Part shown: positions 1 through 7,030 of the stretch, one piece after another
Layout: every line of letters begins with the position of its first letter
Position numbering within the stretch: position 1 is the stretch's first letter
NCBI GenBank assembly: GCA_045863295.1
Contig: BTWA01000022.1
Span: forward strand, 1 to 64,000
Direction of reading: 5' to 3'
DNA length: 64,000 nucleotides
Source: Candidatus Hydrogenedentota bacterium
GTDB taxonomy: Bacteria > Hydrogenedentota > Hydrogenedentia > Hydrogenedentales > SLHB01
The notes under the pieces: generated by a model
Database searches by the model: none
What the model was told of the DNA's origin: nothing
Seen by the model: the letters and a program-made list of their open reading frames with translations, nothing else
Made by a program: the position numbers and the translations under genes

Positions 1-88
1 GATCTCATGACCACAGTATATCACCGTAGGCATAATAAGTTAAAGCAGTCTAATCTCAGCGTTATGCATCGCAGTCGCCTCTTTAGCC

Positions 89-469
89 GTGTACAGCCAG
101 ACTTGTGAATTCCTGGATCCCCAACCATGCGGCGCTGCACCTTTTGACTGCGACGATGTCTGCACCGACTCTGAAGACGTATACGATGATTACAAATGCC
201 GACACACAAGAGCAGTAACGGAAAACAATATGGTCACTAAATGTATGCCCGTGACTCCGCACGACCCTTACGGCTTTACTGGTTGTGATAATTTCCAGGG
301 AAATGCGACTTGGTGCTACAAATACGATGACGACTGTGTGCTTAATCCATTCATGTTTGCCTGCCAGAATCCTCCACAGTATGGGTATCAATGCACCTCT
401 GCATTGACAACGTTGAAAGAACAACCTACGTTTCATGCACTTCTTTCAGGTGTGACCTGCTACTACTAG
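89..469 (+). CDS. Small cysteine-rich (12 Cys) hypothetical protein, probably secreted; 5' end possibly frameshifted (true start may be ATG 7)
   Basis: 126-aa ORF with 12 Cys. In-frame upstream codons 44-88 encode a hydrophobic stretch SSLISALCIAVASLA. Low-GC region. Confidence 0.55.
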   Translation: MYSQTCEFLDPQPCGAAPFDCDDVCTDSEDVYDDYKCRHTRAVTENNMVTKCMPVTPHDPYGFTGCDNFQGNATWCYKYDDDCVLNPFMFACQNPPQYGYQCTSALTTLKEQPTFHALLSGVTCYY

Positions 470-597
470 TCACTCTAGCAACGCGTCGGCACATTGATCG
501 ACCCTGACGTTGTACCCAGAGATCGGACTGACTCGCTCAAGTTTGAATTTGAATTGTGGTTCATGTTTGTAAGTCCTGGCAGCGTTTTGCACTTTGA

Positions 598-1683
598 TTG
601 CATTTACTTTTGTCTACTTCTCACCGCAGTTCATTCGGAATAAGTGGAAGGAAGTTGCGATCAAATGTAGCTAATTTTGAGTATTTGAAAAGGGTGGGTA
701 AGGCTGTGCGAATTCCATCGCGTTCTACTGCATTGACTTTTTGTATCGTAGTAGTATGTATTCTTTGTGTGTGGCTAAGTTCCAGACATGGGATACACGG
801 CGAACGAGCAGTCCATGTTGGCGTAATTTCTGACACAAATAAGCCATTAGATCACACGTATAAATTCCGGAACTTCTCCTTTCGAAAAGCTGAAATCCTC
901 AAAGTTTCGACCTCGTGCGGGTGTACCGCTGCTCAATTTACGTCGGGCGCGATTTGGCCGCTACAAACTTTTGAGATTCCGATTCAGGTCAACGCAAAGG
1001 GCAAGAGCGGACAATTTGAAGTAGATAGCACCGTGTTCTTTAGGTCACATGCCCCTTTACAATTGAAACTCATTGGCGAGGCTTACCCTCTATTGCCGGA
1101 TGCGTTGGATTTTGAAACAGTCAAGCGGGGAGAGGAAAATGTAAGAACAATTACCGTAAATAGAGCACTCAATTCCTACTCCGCTGCGATTGATGACATG
1201 AATTCTTCCTATTGGGTGCTAACTCAAATCCCCCTTTGGTCCAGTGCTAGCAACTCCCTACTAGAAGTAAAATTGCTACCTCACGTACCTTATGGGCCGT
1301 TCGCCGTAAATATGGTTATTGACTTCGGCCAGGAAAAGAAACGCATTCAGGTGAAGGGCCATGTTCTTCAACCTGTGGAAGCACGGACTGCATTGGTCTC
1401 AATTGGCAGGATCACGGCTGCAGAAAACTTGCGTACTCTAGATTACTACTCTCCTTACGACGAACATATTCAGTTTGTCGACGCAGATTCATCATGTAAG
1501 TGTTTGCATCTTGTGCCTGAAGAAATCAAAGACGGCACTTTACCTCTAAAAGTTGTGTTTGACGAATTGCCGAAGTCAGGCATCTTCAAGGATACGATCA
1601 AAGTGACCTTGAAGGTAAAGGACGAGACATACACCATTCCCACACCTATTTATGGATATGTTCCGATTTCAGAAGAGGGATGA
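598..1683 (+). CDS. DUF1573 domain-containing protein (Ig-like, N-terminal TM anchor)
   Basis: ILKVSTSCGCTAA motif typical of DUF1573; TM segment FCIVVVCILCVWL. Start uncertain (GTG 706 possible). Confidence 0.75.
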   Translation: MHLLLSTSHRSSFGISGRKLRSNVANFEYLKRVGKAVRIPSRSTALTFCIVVVCILCVWLSSRHGIHGERAVHVGVISDTNKPLDHTYKFRNFSFRKAEILKVSTSCGCTAAQFTSGAIWPLQTFEIPIQVNAKGKSGQFEVDSTVFFRSHAPLQLKLIGEAYPLLPDALDFETVKRGEENVRTITVNRALNSYSAAIDDMNSSYWVLTQIPLWSSASNSLLEVKLLPHVPYGPFAVNMVIDFGQEKKRIQVKGHVLQPVEARTALVSIGRITAAENLRTLDYYSPYDEHIQFVDADSSCKCLHLVPEEIKDGTLPLKVVFDELPKSGIFKDTIKVTLKVKDETYTIPTPIYGYVPISEEG

Positions 1684-1687
1684 CTCA

Positions 1688-1740
1688 GTTGCGGCAGGGT
1701 TTCAGGACCCTGCTGCATGGCATGATCAGAATGGTCTCCT
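1688..1740 (+). repeat. REP-like palindrome, partial copy of the composite repeat at 2167 and 3243
   Basis: GTTG-CGGCAGGG-tttcagga-CCCTGCTGC followed by atggcatgatcagaatggtct, as in the other two copies. Confidence 0.7.
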
Positions 1741-1811
1741 CGCGCTGGCTCGCTTTCCTGTTAATTCCTGTGTCGCACTTTCAGTGCTTGGCATTGGGGT
1801 GTCGCGGGGAT

Positions 1812-1855
1812 CCTGGGGCGCTGCCCCAGGCTGGTATGTGAAAGCCTTTCAGGCT
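1812..1855. repeat. REP-like double hairpin
   Basis: CCTGGGGC-gct-GCCCCAGG and AGCCT-ttc-AGGCT stems. Confidence 0.6.
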
Positions 1856-1909
1856 GCGGGAAATTCCGCACCGGAAATTCCTTTTGCGGAGCGGTTTCCG
1901 GGGGCCTTC

Positions 1910-1978
1910 GTGTCATGGTCGGGAGACCATGACACAACAAGGAGACCATGACACAACAAGGAGACCATGACACAACAA
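1910..1978. repeat. Hairpin plus 3 x 19-bp tandem repeat (GGAGACCATGACACAACAA)
   Basis: Exact units at 1922, 1941 and 1960. GTGTCATGGTC (1910-1920) is the inverted complement of GACCATGACAC. Degenerate relative at about 3551-3580. Confidence 0.9.
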
Positions 1979-2057
1979 GAGACGACATGTGCATTCACAC
2001 GCAGGGCACTTGAATTCATTGCCAGTTCTGCATCTCGATTTCGTTCCATTTTTCTTT

Positions 2058-2144
2058 CGTCACCCCCGCGAAAGCGGGGGGTCCATCCTGGCCGGCAGGA
2101 GTTGATCTGTGCAGTCGTGGATTCCCGCCTGCGCGGGAATGACG
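2058..2144. repeat. Inverted doublet of CGTC-type REP palindromes (REPIN-like)
   Basis: CGTCACCCCCGCGAAAGCGGGGGGTCC ... GGATTCCCGCCTGCGCGGGAATGACG. Confidence 0.8.
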
Positions 2145-2166
2145 GTTGAGGACAGGCACATACTTG

Positions 2167-2326
2167 GTAGCGGCAGGGTTTCCCGACCCTGCCGCGCGGC
2201 ATGACCAGAATGATCTCTTCTTAGCCACTTAGACCGGCACGTAGCTGCAACATCGGGGGCGTGAATTTCACCCTCACCTCGATCCTCTCCCTCCAGGGAG
2301 CGGGATTTAAGAAGACATCCGGCGGG
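2167..2326 (+). repeat. Composite about 160-bp repeat (GTAG-REP plus CACCCTCACC..CCTCTCCCTCCAGGGAG hairpin), left copy
   Basis: Aligns by eye in direct orientation with 3243-3405. Confidence 0.85.
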
Positions 2327-2534
2327 ATCGTTGCATTGGCAGGCGCGCCTTCGTGTATGAGGCGTCTTCAAGAAACTGAATGAAAACGACCATTGCCGTT
2401 GCGAGTCGTATTCAATTATGCTTGATTGGGACCGTTAAAGAAGCTGACAACCGCATTCGGCGAACGGCGCTTCATGCCGCCGCTGGTGCCGGGAGTTCGG
2501 CGGCTGATTCCCTCCAGTGAGGATAAGGCTTGAC

Positions 2535-3212
2535 ATGGCAGACGTGCGACGGTGGACCCGGCAGTTGGCCGATGAGCGAGGCCGTAAAGTCGTGTTCCTT
2601 TCCCATTGCCTGCTGAACGAGAACACGCGCTATCTCGGGGGCGCCTGCCGGTCCGGGGCCATTGGGGAGCTTGTCCACACGTGCCTTGAAAACGGACTCG
2701 GCATTGTCCAGATGCCGTGCCCCGAGCAATGCGCCTGGGGCGGAGTGCTTAAACGGAACTTGTTGTGGTTCTTCGGATCGGACGGGACGCTTCGGTATCG
2801 GCTACGCAACGTTCTGCTTCCGGTGCTGCTCTGGTACACCCGGCGCGTGTACCGGCGGATGGCGAAACAAGTGGCCGATCAGATTACGGACTATCAATCG
2901 TCCGGTCTCACGGTGGTTGGGGTCGTCGGGGTGGACGGTTCGCCCTCCTGTGGTGTCCGCCGAACCCTTGACATGAAACGCAGCCTGGAGCAGGTTGGGC
3001 AGTTGGCCCCGGCAGCAAGTGCAAAAGATATGAACGCCATTGTTCAGGCTTGTCTGACCGACGGAACGGGTATCTTCCTGGATCTGCTTCGAAAGGAGAT
3101 GGAGACACGCGGGCTTGGCGTTCCGTTCCTCGCGCATGACCTGATTGCCGAACTCCAAGGGATGCAATGCCGTTGCACCTATGAGTACGGTGGTGGTTTT
3201 TGCGAAGTGTAG
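2535..3212 (+). CDS. DUF523 / 2-thiouracil desulfurase (TudS)-related protein
   Basis: Motifs SHCLLN, QMPCPE and GVDGSPSCG give three Cys as in the TudS/DUF523 family. Start 2517 or 2535. Confidence 0.75.
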   Translation: MADVRRWTRQLADERGRKVVFLSHCLLNENTRYLGGACRSGAIGELVHTCLENGLGIVQMPCPEQCAWGGVLKRNLLWFFGSDGTLRYRLRNVLLPVLLWYTRRVYRRMAKQVADQITDYQSSGLTVVGVVGVDGSPSCGVRRTLDMKRSLEQVGQLAPAASAKDMNAIVQACLTDGTGIFLDLLRKEMETRGLGVPFLAHDLIAELQGMQCRCTYEYGGGFCEV

Positions 3213-3242
3213 TACGGTTCACAAGCCGCCGAACCAGCTTCC

Positions 3243-3405
3243 GTTGGGGCAGGGTTTCCGGACTCTGTCGCATGGCATGACCAGCATGGTCTTCTCGTCG
3301 TTCTTGAATTCAGACCTGCACGCAGCTGCAACACGGGGTGGTTGGATTCACCCTCACCTTGATCCTCTCCCTCCAGGGAGAGGGGTTAAGGAAACATCCG
3401 GCGGG
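3243..3405 (+). repeat. Composite about 160-bp repeat, right copy
   Basis: Shares GGCAGGGTTTCC, GGCATGACCAG, AGCTGCAACA, TTCACCCTCACCT.GATCCTCTCCCTCCAGGGAG and ACATCCGGCGGG with 2167-2326. Confidence 0.85.
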
Positions 3406-3599
3406 GCGTGTGGATGAATCGGTGCGCGATCGTGTGTTTGTCGCCTGAGGAAAGGTGAACGGGAAATAGTCGGGTCAATACATCGGGCGATGAGGCCGTT
3501 CTGGTTATTGGGCGTGGGCAACGGAACCGGAGACCATACTGGTCATAGCCGTGTCATAAACGGGAGACCAAGGCACAACGAGCGGGAGTGAGGCACAGG

Positions 3600-4202
3600 C
3601 TACTGTGGGTCGCTCAAACGGCATGGCGCGAATTCGATGCCGTGGAAACGGCATTGGAATCCTTCGCCTACGGGGCTGCAGGCGTAGAGGCCGGCCTCGA
3701 TCGTTTGTTCCGGGGCGTGCAGGCGGGCGATTCGCATTTGCCGCCAGTGTTGGCCGTCTTCAGCGTGTTCGACGAGGTAGTCGTTGCCTTGCCGGGTGAC
3801 GCGGTAGGCCATGGTGTTGCACGGACGGTCGATGTCTTGGGTGGCCCAGTCGGAGTATCCGGCGTTTGTGACCACGGAGCCGAGCCGGCTGAGCGTGGGG
3901 CTTTCGAATTCGCTGGACACCTTGATCCACTGATCGGCACTTGAGCGAATCATGAGGCCGCACTGGTCGTATTGGGACTCGGGTTCAAACGCCACGCTGG
4001 CGGTCATCGTGAAGTCCCCTTCTATGGGTGCGAGCAGGGCGTGGCCGTTGTCGCGCTGAAATCCGTAGTGGGTGCGCTGCCAGAAGTCCGTGCTGGGATC
4101 GGTGTGGATGTGCAGGCCCTGTTCCACGCGCCAGCGGGTGGGTTCGTTCAACCAGTGGAATCCGGCGGGCAGCGGACCGGCGTGGAAGTCGTGCCGGGTC
4201 AC
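3600..4202 (-). CDS. DUF1349 (Ree1-like, concanavalin-A fold) protein
   Basis: TDFWQRTHYGF.RDNGH, YDQCGL, LGSVVT.GYSDW and GLYACSP motifs; 4-bp overlap with the upstream gene. Confidence 0.9.
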   Translation of the reverse strand: MTRHDFHAGPLPAGFHWLNEPTRWRVEQGLHIHTDPSTDFWQRTHYGFQRDNGHALLAPIEGDFTMTASVAFEPESQYDQCGLMIRSSADQWIKVSSEFESPTLSRLGSVVTNAGYSDWATQDIDRPCNTMAYRVTRQGNDYLVEHAEDGQHWRQMRIARLHAPEQTIEAGLYACSPVGEGFQCRFHGIEFAPCRLSDPQ

Positions 4203-5413
4203 GCGCCCACCTGCATGCGATTCCGCAAACCGGCCAGCATGCGATCGCGGTCGATCGGTTTGACGTTGGCCACGATGTCGTCGCGCATGGCTTTGCCTTG
4301 TTCGGTGTTTTGGGGGTAGGACATGAAGTTGAGATCGAGGCCGAGGCGCTGGGCCGCGCGGTGGGCGATGACGGGCCAGACGGCGCCGATGTCGCCGATG
4401 ATGGGGATGCTACCTTCGTGGCGGGCGAAGCCGGACATTTCCATGCGGAACGGGACCTTGAACAGTTTGGTTTTGGGGAGGCCGTCGGCGATGGCTTGTT
4501 GCACGGCGCCGCCGGTTTGTTCCGCTTCGTAGGCTCTTTCCAGCGCGGGATCGAGGTCGATCCGGATCAGGGTTTTGCTTTCAAGCGAGTAGGTGTAGTG
4601 GCCTCTCCAGGCGGACCACATGCCGTGGCCGGTGTACAACTCAAACGGGCCGTCGTGGATTTCCTGAGTGAGCGCGACGGCGGATTCGATGATGACCTCC
4701 GCGCTGTCGAGCATGCGGGCGAGGCGCGTGGCGCGTTCGTGGAGGCTGATGCTGTCGCCGATGCTGAGACCGACGGCGCCGCCGCCGACCAATTGGGGAA
4801 TGGTGACCATGACGGGTAGGCCGAGCTTGGCGCCGATGCCCAGCATGGTGCGATCGTCGCAGCCGAGGCCGGCGACTTCTTCAAACGTCATGCCGTTGGA
4901 TCGCGCGAGCACGGCGATTTCATCGGCCAGCAGTTCGAGCCAGAGCCCCATGGGGTAGCCGAGGTTGCCGGCGGCTTTGATGATGGTTTTGCCTTGGGCC
5001 TGTTTGAGTTTTTCGATGAGTGCAACGTCGACGGGCATGTGTTTCGCGATGTGTGCGAGGGCCGCTTCGTGGAGCAGGGTGAGTTCGAATTCGCCGCCGC
5101 GCGGGAGGATGGCCGGGGCAAGGCCCAAGGGTTCGCCGGGGCATCGCTTGACGCGGTCCAGTGTGCCGCCCAATTCGTGGGACACGACGGCGGAACTGGT
5201 GGAGACGCCGTCGATCATGCCTACGCGCATCATTTCGGCGATGAGGGTGGTGACGCCTTCGTGGAGGTTGGGGCCGCTGCCGGTGACGACGACGACTTTG
5301 CCGCCACGTTCCTTGGCTGTGACGATTCGGCCGACGGCGGCATCGATTCGGCGGCTCGTGGTTTCGGCGAGGCCGTTTTCGATGGATTCGATGAACGTGT
5401 GATCGATGGCCAT
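4199..5413 (-). CDS. Deoxyhypusine-synthase-like NAD-binding fold protein, function unknown
   Basis: VVVVTGSGPNLHEGVTTLIAEMMRVGMIDGVSTSSA, MLGIGAKLGLPVMV and IIGDIGAVWPVI resemble DHS segments. ATG 5413 has GGAG RBS. Confidence 0.6.
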   Translation of the reverse strand: MAIDHTFIESIENGLAETTSRRIDAAVGRIVTAKERGGKVVVVTGSGPNLHEGVTTLIAEMMRVGMIDGVSTSSAVVSHELGGTLDRVKRCPGEPLGLAPAILPRGGEFELTLLHEAALAHIAKHMPVDVALIEKLKQAQGKTIIKAAGNLGYPMGLWLELLADEIAVLARSNGMTFEEVAGLGCDDRTMLGIGAKLGLPVMVTIPQLVGGGAVGLSIGDSISLHERATRLARMLDSAEVIIESAVALTQEIHDGPFELYTGHGMWSAWRGHYTYSLESKTLIRIDLDPALERAYEAEQTGGAVQQAIADGLPKTKLFKVPFRMEMSGFARHEGSIPIIGDIGAVWPVIAHRAAQRLGLDLNFMSYPQNTEQGKAMRDDIVANVKPIDRDRMLAGLRNRMQVGA

Positions 5414-5429
5414 GGTGTGCTCCATTGAT

Positions 5430-6197
5430 TCAGCGGTAACTGGGTTGGCCGCGGTCACGCAGCATTTGTTCGGCGCGTGCGACGTCTTCGTGTGTGTCGA
5501 CGCTGAAACCGTAGAAGGCCTGGTCTTCCAGATGCGATTCGGCCACATGAATGGTCAGGCCGTGTTCGAGCCAGCGGAGTTGTTCCAACGCTTCGACGCG
5601 CTCAAGGACGGTGGGTTCGAGTCGGGTGATCCGGGCGAGGGCCTCGGCGCGGTAGGCGTAGGTGCCGACGTGTTCGTAGACACCGTGGTCGACGGCTTCG
5701 CGCGGATAGGGGATCAGGGACCGGGAGAAGTAGAGGGCTCGTTGTGCGCGATCGACGACCACCTTGACCACGCCGGGGTTTTGCAGGTCGTCGGCGTGGG
5801 TGATGCGGACGCGCAAGGTGGCGATGTCGAGCCCGGGGGTTTCCAGCAGGGGCCGGGCAGTTTCGTCGATCATGGCGGGGCTGATAAAGGGCTGATCGCC
5901 CTGGATGTTGACGACGATGGTTGCGGAGAAGGCAGCCGCGGCCTCGGCCACGCGATCGGTGCCGCTGGGGTGTCCAGAGCGTGTCATGACGGCGTTGCCG
6001 CCGAATTGAGTGACGGCATCGAGGATGCGGTCGTCGTCGGTGGCCACGACGAGGTGGTCCAACAGGGTCGAGGCCATGCAGCGTTCGTAAACGCGTTGAA
6101 TCATGGGGAGCCCTGCAATTGGGACGAGAGGCTTGCCGGGGAGCCGGGAGGAGCCGTATCGCGCGGGAATGACTCCGAGCACGTTCAGGTTTGCCAT
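5430..6197 (-). CDS. kdsB: 3-deoxy-manno-octulosonate cytidylyltransferase (CMP-Kdo synthetase) family
   Basis: IPARYGSSRLPGKPL, VATDD, SGTDR, NIQGD, ALYFSRS.IP, LEQLR and VDT motifs. Confidence 0.92.
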   Translation of the reverse strand: MANLNVLGVIPARYGSSRLPGKPLVPIAGLPMIQRVYERCMASTLLDHLVVATDDDRILDAVTQFGGNAVMTRSGHPSGTDRVAEAAAAFSATIVVNIQGDQPFISPAMIDETARPLLETPGLDIATLRVRITHADDLQNPGVVKVVVDRAQRALYFSRSLIPYPREAVDHGVYEHVGTYAYRAEALARITRLEPTVLERVEALEQLRWLEHGLTIHVAESHLEDQAFYGFSVDTHEDVARAEQMLRDRGQPSYR

Positions 6198-6229
6198 GCC
6201 ATTCTCCCCCGTCTCTGGATTGGATTTAT

Positions 6230-6258
6230 ATTTTAGCTTATTTAAGCGTCATTTTCAA
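6230..6258 (-). promoter_or_regulatory. Putative sigma70 promoter for the kdsB operon
   Basis: Minus strand TTGAAA(6258-6253)-N17-TAAAAT(6235-6230) in an AT-rich intergenic region. Confidence 0.6.
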
Positions 6259-6279
6259 TCCCATTTTGTTAATTATACA

Positions 6280-6308
6280 TTGCTTTATGTGAATATAAAT
6301 ACTATTAT
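6280..6308 (+). promoter_or_regulatory. Putative sigma70 promoter for gntR-symporter (possibly leaderless)
   Basis: TTGCTT(6280-6285)-N17-TATTAT(6303-6308); ATG at 6315 is 7 nt downstream. Confidence 0.55.
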
Positions 6309-6314
6309 TAATGC

Positions 6315-7022
6315 ATGCTTGAGTCTGACGAACTTAAAATGTCGATGGCGGATACTGTCGCCGATCGCATACATCTGGATATCGCCAACAGCGGCCTGAA
6401 GGCGGGCGAATTATTCATGAAGGGCGACCAAGTAGCGGCCCGCTATGGAATTTCGCGGACGGTGGCGCGCGAGGCGTTGAGCCGGTTGCATGCGATTGGT
6501 GTATTGGAAAGCAGACAGCGGGTTGGCCTAATCGTGACGCGTCCGGACCCGGTAAAGCTGTCGGAACGGTGGGTGCCGATGTACTGCCGTGCGGCGAACC
6601 GGCAAGACTTTCAGGACCTGGCGCAGTTGCGATATGCGTTGGAAATGGGTTCAATCGATCTGGCGGTGGCCCATGCGGACGAGGAGCAAACCGGGCGGCT
6701 TTCGGCACTGGCCCAGGAATTTGAAGCGGCGGCTCAGGACACGGGACACACACCGGAAGCGGACCGATTGGATCTGGCATTTCACACGTTGATATTGAAG
6801 ATGACGAGGAACCCGCTGATCGAAGGCATGCATCGGGTGCTTTCCGAGTATTTTTCGGCTTCGACCGAGATGGATCCCCGGGGGGACGCTTCGAAGGCGA
6901 TTCGAGACCATCACATGATTGCGGACGCTATCCGCCGTCGGGATGTGGAACTTACGCGAAGTATGTTGCGGCTGCATTTGGGCGAAACGCTGGAACCTGG
7001 GGACGTGGACAGCAGGGGGTAA
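6315..7022 (+). CDS. GntR/FadR family transcriptional regulator (FCD domain)
   Basis: wHTH YGISRTVAREAL..L...G; FCD motifs D.AFH, RNP and DHH.I.DAI. Confidence 0.92.
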   Translation: MLESDELKMSMADTVADRIHLDIANSGLKAGELFMKGDQVAARYGISRTVAREALSRLHAIGVLESRQRVGLIVTRPDPVKLSERWVPMYCRAANRQDFQDLAQLRYALEMGSIDLAVAHADEEQTGRLSALAQEFEAAAQDTGHTPEADRLDLAFHTLILKMTRNPLIEGMHRVLSEYFSASTEMDPRGDASKAIRDHHMIADAIRRRDVELTRSMLRLHLGETLEPGDVDSRG

Positions 7023-7030
7023 ACGGCGCC

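Noticed and set aside
1922..1978. 19-bp repeats as CRISPR
   Set aside because: No spacers and too short; a simple tandem duplication of a hairpin arm.
1652..2371. Short ORFs across the repeat-rich intergenic region (also 55854-56219)
   Set aside because: They are translations of palindromic or tandem repeats, with no RBS or family signal.
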